64,000 nucleotides of DNA from Eledone cirrhosa (GCA_964016885.1 OZ024740.1:146816001-146880000), one strand, 5' to 3'; counted from the first letter of the stretch, positions 1 through 16,943 are shown. Numbers and translations are program-made. The notes: generated by a model from the sequence alone, not told the origin.

Positions 1-51
1 AAAAGTTTGAGAACCTCTGGCCTGATTGATAGATAAGTATTTTAAATAACG

Positions 52-128
<77 letters not shown>

Positions 129-211
129 AAAGTTCTATTTAAAATTGTTGGGATACAACAAGTAAATATTTTTATAACTGATATAAAGCACTCGACAAGT
201 ATTTGGAGTAG

Positions 212-901
212 ATATACGATATTAATAAATGGAAACTATATTTATAAAACCATATTTATTTCATTATACATATTTCAGGGATACCAAATTAAATTAAATT
301 ATGGTATGCCTTCATCAGACAAAATACAATATATAACAGTTTTACAAATAAGCTTTGACGTACCCTATTAAAATGCAACCATTATTTTTGGAAGCCATCC
401 AGATAGTGAGTTGTTTATATTATTTTAATAAGTCATAGTGTTAAGGACAATTAGAAAAAGACGGAGAGAAAGAAAGAGACGGAGAGAGAGAAAGAAAAAA
501 ACGTGGAGAAGTATCTGAGAGAGAGAGATGCATGGAGAAAAAAGAAAGAGATAAATAAAGACAGGAGGAAATAAAGAAAAAAGGAAGAAATAAGAAATAA
601 GAAAAACAGAGGAAAGCAACAGAGAGATATTAAGTCATCAGACAGATAGGAAAACTCAAGAGAGAGAAATATTATATATAGAGAGGGGGAAATAATGAAA
701 ACTTTATGTCATGCTTATATGAAATGAATAATAAAAATATAAATATTAATATTCATGAATGGGACATAAATATATAATATGAGAAATTAAACATTGTTCA
801 ATAATGACTACATGTTTAGTTTAAAACTTGAGATCAATATACCAAAATTTGGGTGTAATCAATCAAAATGCTAGAGAAATCAGTATCTTAGGCAAAGATA
901 C

Positions 902-932
<31 letters not shown>

Positions 933-2153
933 CGCACGTCTTGAAAATATATTTACTCAAGTCAACAATATAGACATACAAAAACGCAGACGAATTCTCT
1001 TAATCACTGCTATACATTCCTTGTGTTATAAAAAAGTTCACAGTATATATACATAAATATATACGATTAACATTCATGTCTTCATATATACGATTACCAT
1101 TCATGCATTTAACATTCTGTTAAAATTATGCATATCTGCAATCAAAACTGCGTGGTTAAGCAACATATCTCTTACCCACACACATAGATATACATATATA
1201 TATACACATATATATGTATAAATAAATATTTGCGTGCGTCTTCCCGCATCACTCATGTATACATACAGACATATATACAATCATAAAAAACCTATAACAC
1301 TTTTATATGCATGTTAATACACATACACATTTGTATAGAGATAATCAAATATCAATATATTACTAAGGATTATACTTTGGAAATATAATTATAACAATAT
1401 AAATTTAAAATACCAAAGGATTATATTTTGGAAATACAATTATATCAGTATAGTCAAAAGGACAAACGAATTCTAGAAATATCAAAGCATTAAATATGTT
1501 TAAAACACTATAGAGTATCTTAAGTTAAAATAATATGTTTCATATATTTAGTATAGAAATTCATCCTACGTATATTTCAATCTAGATATTGAAAGGGTAG
1601 ACTTATGAAAATTATGAGAAGCTATCAGAATCAAAACAAAAGTAATAAAAACAAATAAAAATAAAAATAAATATAAAACTAAAAATAAAAGTTAAATAAA
1701 TATTATATCAATATAATTTAAAAATTTAAAAATTTAAAAAATTTAAAAAAATAAAAAAAAAATAAAAAATAAAAAAATTTAAAAGATTTAAAAAACCCAA
1801 GGATTCTACAGATATCCTTATATTTAGTATAGAAATTTATCTTACGTATATTTTATTTAAGACATTGGAAGTATAGACATTTTAGAGTAGTTTATTATAT
1901 CTATGTTCATATTTAGGAAGAAAGTTTAAAAAGAAAAAGATGAAGGAATCTAATGATTTATCGACAGGTTTCATATATTAACTAAATTACTTAATTAATT
2001 ATACTACATTTTAAATTTATATTTATATTTAAACGTTGAGTTCAATCTATGTCTGCAGCAACTGAATAAATTGTTCCTTAAATTAAGGGAATTTTTGGAC
2101 TTTAATATAAAGAATATTTCTTCAATACAAAGATCACAATTTTCTGAAGAGGA
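212..2153 (-). repeat. Left arm of ~1.94 kb inverted repeat (PLE1 3' end/pLTR)
   Basis: Near-identical reverse complement of 3872-5818; it produces the twin 64-aa ORFs 425..619 and 5411..5605. Confidence 0.95.
257..326 (-). ncRNA. Type I hammerhead ribozyme in PLE1 pLTR
   Basis: TATTTTGT-CTGATGA-AGGCATACCA..TGGTATCCCT-GAA-ATATGTAT-A-ATGAAATA: stem I 8 bp with G.U pairs, long stem II, quasi-palindromic stem III, AUA triplet. Confidence 0.8.
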
Positions 2154-2981
2154 ATTAAAAGGAGTAGCTTTTGATATAATATTCCAAGTCATCGAATATT
2201 TAACATTATCTCGTTTTAGGTCCCATAGTAGGCTAGATAGCGAAGTTGAAGATTTTTTGTTTGGATCTGTGAAAGAATTTTTATGATTATTGAAGCGAAA
2301 TTTAAATTCTGTAGAGGTAGAACCAACATAGTTAAATGAATTTAAATTAGTTTTAACATTACAATTGTACACTACATTTTTAGCTAAGCAGTTGTTATTT
2401 AACGGACAGTTAGATTTATTTCTACAGTTACAGTTATTCAATTGAATATTGCTTGGGTTATTATTGGTATTTTGGTTAGGTTTTAAATTTCTATTATTGA
2501 TTCTATTAATATTTTGTGCTAAATTTTTGGTGGACGAGTAAGTTAATTTTATAGTGTGTCTATTAAAAATTGAGTAATATTTATGTGTTCTAGGGAAGCG
2601 TTTATCAAGAGCTTTAAAGAATAGTTTAGCAATAGGGGTTTTAATATTTAGTGAGAAAGGGGGAGCAAACCATAATATATTTCTAGTTCTATTTCTTTTT
2701 CGGCTTTTGGAATTATTGTAATGTTTTCTATTATAGTTGTTAAAGTTGTTACCATAATTAGAATTGTTATTATTTTGGTTAGTTTGCTTATTATTATTAT
2801 TATCAATGTATTTAATTTTATTTCTATATCCAGCTCTACCTAACGCTTCATTGTAGTACTGCGCTTTTTCATCAAATATAATTTTATTAGATGAAATTCT
2901 TGAAATTCTTTCTTGAACAGAGTTCACTATAGTATTTTTAACAGATCTGGGGTGATTAGAGTTAAAATTAACATAATTCAA
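2004..2981 (-). pseudogene. PLE1 thumb/linker and GIY-YIG endonuclease
   Basis: SNHP, ILWFAPPFS, CNCxxxxxCPLxxxC linker, NVVY..YVG, FKFRFNNH, CDLC; frameshifted relative to the RT. Confidence 0.88.
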
Positions 2982-2994
2982 GTTTTCATTTAGT

Positions 2995-3871
2995 TTATGA
3001 AATGGAAAAATGAAGACATGTGTTGAGATTTAGTGTTACGTCAAGAAAATTGACTATTTTATGGTTATTCTCTATTTCTACTTTTAGGTTAAGGTAATTA
3101 AAAAATTGTATAATTTGTTTTCTTTTTCTATTTAGTTCACAGCTATTATTTTGTATAAGTAAACGCATGTCATCACGATATAAGCCTCCGGTTACACCTG
3201 GTATTTTTCTATGTAGCGAATTAATTATAAATAGGCCCACAAGGTCCGTTACCTGAGCTGAGTCTGTTGATCCCATAGTTATGTCGAAATTATTATTTCT
3301 ATCTGCCCTAGTCCAGAGTTGGTTATTAAATTCTATCAATGTTTTCCTTGCCGATAATATAATGTGCATTTCATTGCTAGTTAGGTCTGTATGTTTAAAT
3401 GCGTAATTTAGTGCCTTATTCAGTAGATTAGGAGTGATAGATGAATAGTAGTTAGCAATATCCAGCTGAATAAACTTATTATCATAGTTATATTTAATTT
3501 CTTTAAACCAATCGATAACCTCACTAGTCCCTTTCCATACTTTTAAGTAAGATAAATTAGGTAAGTTTTTAATTTGTTGTATTACCCTGTCTAGAATATT
3601 TTTGCTAAGTTTGCCCAGGTCAGATTTAGATGGTGCAATTAATCTGACTGGTAAATCATTTTCAAAGTTTCTTTTGTGATCCTTCATATTGATCTTAGGT
3701 TTCCTAGGCATGAAGGGTTGTGTTTTATTCTCAATGTCTAATTCATGCATTATACAAGATGCATCTGTATTCAGTTTTTCAAGTTCGTCCTTATTTGCTA
3801 CCTTGTACTTTTTCCTTAGTTCTTTCAATATAAGGTCGTTATAAATGTCCTTTTGTATTCCATAAAGATTA
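2995..3871 (-). pseudogene. PLE1 reverse transcriptase (5'-truncated)
   Basis: RLIAPSKSDLG, QLDIANYYSSI, ITMGSTDSAQVTDLVG, YRDD, NFLDVTL. The first ~20 aa of the ORF-track protein come from the inverted arm, not from RT. Confidence 0.9.
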
Positions 3872-6402
<2,531 letters not shown>

Positions 6403-6458
6403 TATATATATATACATATATTATATATATATTATATATATATATTATATATATATAT

Positions 6459-6489
<31 letters not shown>

Positions 6490-6572
6490 ATATATATATA
6501 TATTATATATATATTATAAATATTATATATATATATATTATATATATATATATATATTATATATATCTATAT

Positions 6573-6604
<32 letters not shown>

Positions 6605-6647
6605 TATATATATATATATATATTATATATATATATATTATATATGT

Positions 6648-6679
<32 letters not shown>

Positions 6680-6873
6680 ATATTATATATATATATATAT
6701 ATAATATATATATATATATTATATATATTATATATATTATATATATATATTATATATATTATATATATCTATATATATAATATATATATTATATATATTA
6801 TATATATATATATTATATATATATATATTATATATATGTATATTATATATATTATATATATATTATATATATA

Positions 6874-6936
<63 letters not shown>

Positions 6937-7003
6937 ATACTATATATATATATTATATATATATATATTATATATATATATATTATATATATTATATATA
7001 TAT

Positions 7004-7047
<44 letters not shown>

Positions 7048-7048
7048 T

Positions 7049-7080
<32 letters not shown>

Positions 7081-7103
7081 TTATATATAATATATTATAT
7101 ATA

Positions 7104-7141
<38 letters not shown>

Positions 7142-7302
7142 TATATATAATATATTATATATATATTATACACATATATATATATATTATATATATTTAT
7201 ATATATATATATATATTATATATATATATATTATATATATATATATATTATATATATATTATATATATATATATATTATATATATATATATTATATATAT
7301 AT

Positions 7303-7433
<131 letters not shown>

Positions 7434-7478
7434 TATATATATATATATATATACTATATATATATATATATATTATAT

Positions 7479-8120
7479 GAAAGGCTTCTCCGTACGTTTC
7501 TTCGGAAACTATGTTTATTCCCTTTCAGAAACTAATTAGTTGGAGTGAAATTTTAGTGAGTAGGTTAATTTTTTAATTTTCTTATTTTACGTCTCTAATA
7601 TTATTGTTCTGCATCCCCATGCATTGAACCACAAAGTTACTAAGACAAAACCTATATATTTGCTAGCATAAGTATGCATCTGTGTATAGATATGTTACTA
7701 GATATACTAATTTTTATAATTATCTCCAAATTATTTTGTCGAGCAAAAATTGGCCAAAACTGCTACTATAGTAACGATCCGGTTGCTGTCTTCTTAACAA
7801 ACCACTCTTCACTGATTGACCTCGATGTCACGTGACTGATTCTTTTGAATTTGCCACTGACGCAGTAGGCATTGATTTTTTCAATGGCTTGGAATTTAGT
7901 CCACGCTTTGCTTTTTTCCATCCACTGAATTATTTTTGTATATGTTCTCTGTGTCCACGTATTACCTGGAAACTTAGCTGAGAATAGACTTCCCTGATGA
8001 CGAAAGGCTTCTCCGTACGTTTCTTCGGAAACTATGTTTATTACCTTTCAGAAACTAATTAGTTGGAGAGAAATTTTAGTAAGTAAGTTAATTTTTTAAT
8101 TTTCTTATTTTACGTCTCTC
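7479..8120 (+). mobile_element. Partial-tandem non-coding element (~520 bp period, ~120 bp direct terminal repeat) with hammerhead-like core
   Basis: GAAAGGCTTCTCCGTACG...TTTTACGTCTCT occurs at ~7479-7596 and ~8002-8119; CTGATGA-CGAA..TTCG-GAAAC at ~7994-8032; flanked by (TA)n. Confidence 0.6.
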
Positions 8121-8156
8121 ATATATATATTTATATATATATATATATATATATTT

Positions 8157-8361
8157 ATAGGAACAAGTAAGATCCCGATGGCTGAGATCAAGCCGTTTCG
8201 ACGGCTAATTCTGGACTATTTTAGTCCAGAATTAGCCGCCGAAACGGCTTGAGCTCAGCCGTCGGGGTCTTACTTGTTCCTATTACCCACTCTACTACCC
8301 TAAGTATTGAGTACTTTGGTGCGTTATGGTCCACCTGGTTCCTTACCACATTTCCTTCGTT
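8157..8361. mobile_element. Fold-back element in (TA)n; family also at ~40760-40910 and ~49880-49960
   Basis: Palindrome centred near 8220; shared tail CCCACTCTACTACC..CCACATTTCC in three copies. Confidence 0.7.
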
Positions 8362-8393
8362 ATATATTTATATATATATATATTTATATATAT

Positions 8394-8425
<32 letters not shown>

Positions 8426-8575
8426 ATTTATATATATATATATATATATTATATATATTTATATTTATATATATATATATATTATATATATATATAATAT
8501 ATATCTATATATATATTGTATATATATATATATATATTATATATATATATATATATATTATATACATATATATTT

Positions 8576-8614
<39 letters not shown>

Positions 8615-8652
8615 AATATATATATACATATATATAATATATATATATACAT

Positions 8653-8687
<35 letters not shown>

Positions 8688-8797
8688 AATATATATATAT
8701 AATATATATATATATATATAATATATATATAAATATATATATATATATTATATATATATTTATATATAATATATTATATATATATATATATATATAT

Positions 8798-8953
8798 GTA
8801 GTGTTTGTGTGTGTGTGAGAAGGCGCATGGCTTATTGGTTAGAGCATTGGGCTTGCAATCGCAAGGTTGTGTGTTCAATTCAAGGTTGTGAGTTCAATAT
8901 AATATATATATATAAATATATATATATATAATATATATATATATATTATATAC

Positions 8954-8987
<34 letters not shown>

Positions 8988-9093
8988 ATATTATATTAAA
9001 CTCACAACCTTGAATTGAACTCACAACCTTGCGATTGCAAGCCCAATGCTCTAACCAATAAGCCATGCGCCTTCTCACACACACAAACACTAC
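8798..9093. mobile_element. Inverted pair of tRNA-derived SINE heads separated by (TA)n
   Basis: GGCGCATGGCTTATTGGTTAGAGCATTGG..GTGAGTTCAAT (A/B boxes) at ~8822-8898 and its reverse complement at ~8997-9071. Confidence 0.75.
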
Positions 9094-9124
<31 letters not shown>

Positions 9125-9254
9125 ATTTATATATATATATAAATATATATATATATATTTATATATATATTTATATATATATATATATTATATATATATA
9201 TTTACATATGTATATATATGATATATATATTTATATATATATATATATTATATT

Positions 9255-9285
<31 letters not shown>

Positions 9286-9396
9286 ATATATATTTATATA
9301 TATATATATAAATATTTATATATATATATATATATATTTATATATTTATATATATATATATATATATTTATATCTATATATATATTTATATATATA

Positions 9397-9470
<74 letters not shown>

Positions 9471-9541
9471 TTATATATATATATATTTATATATTTATAT
9501 ATATATATATATATATTTTTATTTTATTTTATAGAAGGAGC

Positions 9542-9587
9542 TTCTACAGGACTAGTACTGTTTCATTCAGATGATTTTCTTCAGGAA
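9542..9587 (-). ncRNA. Type I hammerhead ribozyme (family of 44890-44940)
   Basis: TTC-CTGAAGA-..-GAAA-CAG-TACTAGTC-CTG-TA-GAA; stem II is weak. Confidence 0.55.
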
Positions 9588-9632
9588 TATATATATATAT
9601 TTATATATATATATATATTATATATATATATT

Positions 9633-9732
<100 letters not shown>

Positions 9733-9738
9733 ATATAT

Positions 9739-9775
<37 letters not shown>

Positions 9776-9820
9776 ATATTATATATATATATATTTATAT
9801 ATATATATATTATATATATA

Positions 9821-9866
<46 letters not shown>

Positions 9867-9904
9867 ATTTATAAATATATATATATTATATATATATATA
9901 TATT

Positions 9905-9966
<62 letters not shown>

Positions 9967-10011
9967 ATATATATATAAATATATAATATATATATAATAT
10001 ATATAATATAT

Positions 10012-10050
<39 letters not shown>

Positions 10051-10085
10051 AATATATAAATGTATATATATATAAATATATAAAT

Positions 10086-10129
<44 letters not shown>

Positions 10130-10164
10130 ATTTATATATTTATATATATATACATTTATGTATT

Positions 10165-10254
<90 letters not shown>

Positions 10255-10289
10255 ATATATTTATATATATATACATTTATATATTTATC

Positions 10290-10362
<73 letters not shown>

Positions 10363-10372
10363 TATATATATA

Positions 10373-10433
<61 letters not shown>

Positions 10434-10537
10434 TATATATATATTATATATTATATATTATATATATTTATATATATATTATATATATCATATATATATT
10501 ATATATATTATATATATATTATATATTTATATATATC

Positions 10538-11094
10538 TGACAGCTGGCCATATTCACTGAACCAGAACATTTCTCCCAATCCCTTTTCCCTTGACCACTA
10601 TCTCTCCATTGTCATAACATTCACTATAAAGACTACAGAATAGTTTTCCAAATAAGGGCGCAAAAATGTAATGAAAACTTGTTCACGTGACAGCCAAATT
10701 TCATTTATAACCAACCAAAAAAAAGCCTTCGTGAGCCTCATTTTTTCAAGTAAAAAGAAATTCAAACACTCATATATGAAAAAACAACCTGTGACAACCC
10801 CCCCTCTCTTATTTGAAGAACTATTGTAACGCGAACTGGCGCGAAATTTATTATAATTATTGACAAACCAATCAAATTACTTCTCGAAAAACCTGGTTTT
10901 CGAGCCACTTTTTCCATATAAAACAAGTAACATTTAGAGACCAACCATTGGTGAGAAAAACCACAGACCCTCCATCTCAACTCACCTTTTGAAAAGCAGA
11001 AGAACTGCGAAACAGGTAAAGGAACCAAATAAATATATATATTTAAAAAAAAAAAATAAGACTTCAGTTGCATTTTCGATTTCATCCCTTTTTC

Positions 11095-11097
<3 letters not shown>
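10538..11097 (+). mobile_element. Non-coding PLE pLTR-like element; family also at 43910-44270, 49075-49295 and (diverged) 50975-51590
   Basis: Shared GAGAAAAACCACAGACCCTCCATCTCAA..GTTGCATTTTCGATTTC; flanked by (TA)n. Confidence 0.75.
10985..11022 (+). ncRNA. Hammerhead ribozyme, U3-A8 core variant
   Basis: CCTT-TTGAAAA-GCAG-AAGAA-CTGC-GAA-ACAGGT-A-AAGG. Confidence 0.65.
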
Positions 11098-11191
<94 letters not shown>

Positions 11192-11224
11192 ACTATATAT
11201 ATATATTTATATATATATATATAT

Positions 11225-11281
<57 letters not shown>

Positions 11282-11342
11282 ATTATATATATATATATTT
11301 ATATATATAAATATATATATTTGTATATATATATAAATATAT

Positions 11343-11376
<34 letters not shown>

Positions 11377-11421
11377 ATGTATATATATATATATATTTAT
11401 ATATATATAAATATATATATT

Positions 11422-11498
<77 letters not shown>

Positions 11499-11515
11499 TA
11501 TATATATATATATAT

Positions 11516-11711
<196 letters not shown>

Positions 11712-11741
11712 ATTTATAAATATATATATATTATATATATA

Positions 11742-11821
<80 letters not shown>

Positions 11822-11895
11822 ATATATATATTATATATATATATATATTTATACATTTATATATACATATATTTATATATATATATATTTATATA

Positions 11896-11976
<81 letters not shown>

Positions 11977-12023
11977 CTATATATATATATTTATATATTT
12001 ATATATATATACATTTATATATT

Positions 12024-12083
<60 letters not shown>

Positions 12084-12110
12084 ATTTATATATATATACA
12101 TTTATATATT

Positions 12111-12145
<35 letters not shown>

Positions 12146-12178
12146 ATATATTATATATATATATATTTATATATATAT

Positions 12179-12209
<31 letters not shown>

Positions 12210-12310
12210 ATATATTTATATATATATTATATATATATCTATATATATCTATATATCTATATATATATATATATATATTATATATATTATATATATATTA
12301 TATATTTATA

Positions 12311-12348
<38 letters not shown>

Positions 12349-12352
<4 letters not shown>

Positions 12353-14980
12353 AACACAAATTAGATTTCCTAGATAAACCCACAATTAGATTAACATGCC
12401 CTTCTAAGTCAGACATAGGTAAAATTAGCAAGCATTGTTTAGATAGAATAATAATACAATTAAGGAATAAACTAGTTATTAAACTTTGGGACACTACTAG
12501 CGACACAATTAAATGGTTTAATTGTATAGATAACAAAAATACCTCTAACTTTATACAATTCGACATTAATGACTATTACTCCTCCATATCACACGATACT
12601 CTAAACAAGGCACTAGCATTTGCGAAAGCCAACTCTGCCTTAACCGACGACGAAATAAACATTATCCTAGCAGCTAGAAAGACGATAATTAAATTTGAAA
12701 ATAACTTTTGGGTACGTAAGGATAGAATAGGTAACTTTGACATAACTATGGGTGCTAATGACTCAGCACAAGTTACGGATATTGTTGGTATTTACATAGC
12801 CCACACCTTACATAATAAATTTAGTTACCTTCAAGGCGGAATATATAGAGATGACGCTCTCCTATTAGTTAAAAATATGAATAAACAAAACACAGAGCGA
12901 ACCCGTAAGAGCATTGGAAGAACCCTAGATAGCCTTGGCCTTAAAATCACCTACGAATATAGTACCAAAGTGCTTAACTTCCTAGATGCCACCTTCAACC
13001 TCAACACCCAAATTATCACACCCTCTCACAAAAACAATGAGAACCTCACCTACATCCACACTAGCTCTAACCACCCACTATCTATTATAAGGTCCGTGCC
13101 ACATAGTATATCACTTAGAATATTCCGCCTCTCATCTAACCAACAAATATTTGATCAACACGCTGAATATTACAACACTGCATTAGAACGGGCTGGCCAC
13201 ACTGACAAACTAGAATACATAGACCGACACAACCATAAAACAGATAACCATAGACACGCCAAACGCCCCACAAACACCCGCACACACGCACCTAGACCCC
13301 CTAAATACACCTAGACCACACCACAAATACAACAGCAACATCAAAGCAAAACAGAACACGGAGTAGATCTTACATTTGGTATAATCCTATTTTTAACTCT
13401 TCTATTAGCTCTAACTTACCTTCCACATTCTACAAAATTATAAGAAAACACTTTCCAAATTCACATAAATATAGTAGTATACTCAATACCAAAACAATTA
13501 GACTATCTTATTCCACTGCACCAAACCTAGACGCACACATTAAGATGCTCAACGCCAAAAAACTCCGTAACAACAACACCCCAATCACTCAACACAATAA
13601 TACACCTAATACACAACCACCCACTAACAAACAGTATGCACAAAACACACTCACACACACATCCCAGCCCACCTATAACTCCACCACTGCCCATAACAGA
13701 AATTGTAATTGCCACCTTCCAGAGACTTGTCCATTGAATAACGAATGTTTGCATTCAAACCTAGTGTACAGGTGCTCGGTTGAGTCGGACAACCAAACCT
13801 GGCACTACATAGGCAGCACTGCAAACACCTTCAAAACTCGTTGGTACACGCATCGTTACGCAACAAAAGCACCCCAACACCGTTACGTAACGCCCCTCGC
13901 CGACAAAATTTGGCACTTAAAAGGGAGTAACCGACAATACACCCTTAAATGGACCAAACTCTCACATGCTCCTCCATACTGGAGTGGGATGAAAACGTGC
14001 CCGTTGTGTAATAATGAGCTCTTCCATATCCTAAGCTCAGGCCACCAACTACTCAACAACAAAATTGAAAGGTCAATCTTTTGCCAGCATAAACTGAAAG
14101 CGAAATTCTCACACTTCAAACCTTCAACTAAATCTTAACACTACTTTTCTACCCTAAATAACAATTCTACACCCCTAAAAATAGACTATATATGAAATTT
14201 AATACTTTCTTCCTTCATCTATTCTCTGGTAAAACTTTTGCCTGTCCACTACCAAATGCCACTTAAAATTCTATCTTCCTTATCTCTCCCTCTACTCATC
14301 ACAACTTTTAGCACACAATCCTTCTCCCCCTCCCTTCTTGTAACTTAACTATATTCTATACAAATCCTCTCACACCACCCTATCTCTTTCCCTTTCTCTC
14401 CCTACCTCCGTCCCTTTTCTCTCTCTCTCTCCCTCTCTTTTGCCCCTCTCTCTCTCTCTCTCTCTGTTCCTCTATCTTACACTACTACCCCTTATTCCAT
14501 TTCAACTTTGTATTTTGAAAATTCGGATTACACAGTATCTTTCTTGATTGCCTATTATGACATAGTGTAGCAATAATTGTTTCTACTTTTGGCACAAGGC
14601 CATCAATTATCCCAGTGCATTACTGGTACTTTATTTTATCGACCTCGTAAGGATGAAAGGCAAAGTCAACCTCGGCGGGATTTGAACTCAGATCGTAAAG
14701 GGACGTAACTATGCTGGAAAGCATGGTGTCTGACCCTCTACCGATACTGCCAATCCGTAGCAATAATGGACTGAAATTCTGATGAAACAATTGTTAATAC
14801 GTGGATTAAATCCTTTTGTAACTGTTTACCTTCGTCCTATTTCTCTTCTTTGATTACACTCCTCGTTTGTTCGTGTTTCCACCACAGAATCCCTACCAAC
14901 CTGTCGAGTCACCTTAACGTATGTTGACAACTTTCCTCACAACTTGTTCTAACAAGCTTTGTAATATTCCTAATTACTGA
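12349..14980 (+). mobile_element. Penelope-like retroelement PLE2 (5'-truncated; RT 12349-13314, linker and GIY-YIG ~13305-14138, then 3' UTR)
   Basis: [55 protein letters not shown]; one frameshift; (TA)n on both sides. The 3' boundary is approximate. Confidence 0.88.
14578..14756 (-). mobile_element. tRNA-derived SINE (family A)
   Basis: A box TGGCAGTATCGG, B box GAGTTCAAATCC, central GCCTTTCATCC..GTCGATAAAATAAAGTACCAG; TSD GTAGCAATAAT at 14567 and 14757. Confidence 0.9.
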
Positions 14981-14993
14981 ATGTATATATATA

Positions 14994-15141
<148 letters not shown>

Positions 15142-15156
15142 ATATATATATATTAG

Positions 15157-15390
15157 TATTGGTGCTCTGAAATAGCGATGTATATATGTATGTATAGTAT
15201 ATTTGATAATATACTATATGTTTAATTAAAAATATTTTGAAGACCATTCACTATGAATTTTAAAGTAGTGGCTAAAGACTACTTTGCCGAGATTAAGTAA
15301 GTGACATAGTCACTACTTTAAAATTGCGAATGGTCTTCAAAATGTTTTTACTTGAACATACAGTATATTATAAAATATACTGTACATACA

Positions 15391-15487
<97 letters not shown>

Positions 15488-15780
15488 TAGACCTGAAAAA
15501 TGCGCAAGCTCAAAAGAGCCACAGAATGTTATAATAAACCTTCAAAATTGTAGGACTAGAGTTGTTGCTCAAAAATATTGTAATCATTATCTATCGTACA
15601 CTCTGTGGCATCCTTTTATAAAAAAAGAGGCTCAACGAACTCAAGACGACACGATAATTATTTAAGCTAATGTTCAATATCTCATATTAGATGTTTAGTA
15701 ATGATTAATACGAAATGCACTTAAACCGAATTCTATATTATAAATTCACTTAAATAATTATCGTGTGTCTAATACAGCTT
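15157..15780. mobile_element. Fold-back non-coding repeat, same family as 58807-61080
   Basis: TTGGTGCTCTGAAATAGCG and CTAGACCTGAAAAATGCGCAAGCTC blocks; diverged palindrome centred near 15290. Confidence 0.7.
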
Positions 15781-16169
15781 ATTTCATATCCTATATACAC
15801 ATAGCTACATTCAGATTGTTGTACATATGCATATAAATACGCATATATATAAACATACATACACATATATATATATATCTTAATTTACAACTTTGTTACA
15901 TATTAATTTACAACTAACATGTATGCATCTCAATGCAAGGGCAAGATATATCAATGAATTAATAAACCAATATATATATATCCCTATTATATATAATGAA
16001 ACTTAACCTCTAGAATCTCTTTGACAGTTGTAAATGACATTAATGAAGAAAAGTATTATCCTATACTTTAATTTTTGATCTTCTTTCTTTATGTCATATC
16101 TCACTCATAACTTAAAGGAATGTTAAAACAAACTCTTTTAACTCTTCTCTCTGTATTTTCAATGGTTTG

Positions 16170-16370
16170 TAATTTAGGCACAGGTATTTGGGAGGAGTAT
16201 TTCGATGACGGCGACCCAGTATTTGACTAACTTTATTTTATCGACCTCGATGGGAGAAAGGGTGATAAAAGGCAAAGTTGACCTCAGTGGGATTTGAACT
16301 CAGAACGTAAAGAGACGTAACTAAATACCGCAAAGCATTTTCCCGATGCTCTAAAGACTCTGTCAACCCA
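16170..16370 (-). mobile_element. Diverged SINE family A
   Basis: TTTATTTTATCGACC..AAAGGCAAAGTTGACCTC..GGATTTGAACTCAG. Confidence 0.75.
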
Positions 16371-16722
16371 CAACCCTTGCATTCTCACAAATATATAAAT
16401 TCACATCACACACATTTATTAGTTCTTATAGTAGTGTATTTGAAGGCATAATAAAATGAAAGAGTTATTTCCCTTACACCTTTGTTTTTTTTTTTTCCTT
16501 AAAATTAAGAATCCTGTAATATTATTTTTCGTTGTTCTTTTGTAATCAAGGTATATGCTATATCAACAGCCCAATTATTGAATTAATAACAAAAGATTAT
16601 TGTTTCTAATTAAAATGATAAAAACATCTATTATTTCATACTGAAGTCAGAGACTTCAAACAACAAGAACCACCAACCTGAAATTAAATCTAAAGAAATT
16701 AAATGATGTAATTTGAACATAC

Positions 16723-16943
16723 CTGTATACGTGATTCAGGCAATTTGATTTTCATGGCCAATCTTTCTCTCATGAAAATATCAGGATAATGTGTTTTTGT
16801 GAAGGCTCTTTCAAGTTCTTGCAGCTGTCGGGATGAAAATGTTGTTCTGTTTCGTTTAACTTTCTCGACAGAACTTAAGTGTGCCTCGTCGTAACCAAGA
16901 GAAGGACCTTGTCTGTTTCTATTTTCACAAGAACTATCAGCAG
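16723..16943 (-). CDS. PRD-class homeobox gene, exon 2 (homeodomain residues 1-46)
   Basis: Acceptor tttctttttatctatag; translates ..[47 protein letters not shown]; donor CAG|gtatgt at the PRD-class intron position between codons 46 and 47; phase 1 matches exon 1. Confidence 0.93.

Noticed and set aside
425-619. Duplicated hydrophobic 64-aa ORF (also 5411..5605)
   Set aside because: Pyrimidine-rich PLE UTR read by chance; duplicated only because of the inverted repeat
8822-8898. tRNA gene
   Set aside because: A/B boxes are present but there is no complete cloverleaf or acceptor stem; it is a SINE head also found at 63372
14765-14800. CTGATGAAACAATTGTT in the PLE2 3' UTR
   Set aside because: A palindromic stem III-like piece is present but there is no stem II or stem I; at best a decayed hammerhead
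16636-16678. Possible next homeobox exon after a nearby tttcag acceptor
   Set aside because: The intron would be only ~45 nt and the reading is VGGSCC rather than VWFxNRR; the true exon is probably outside the window
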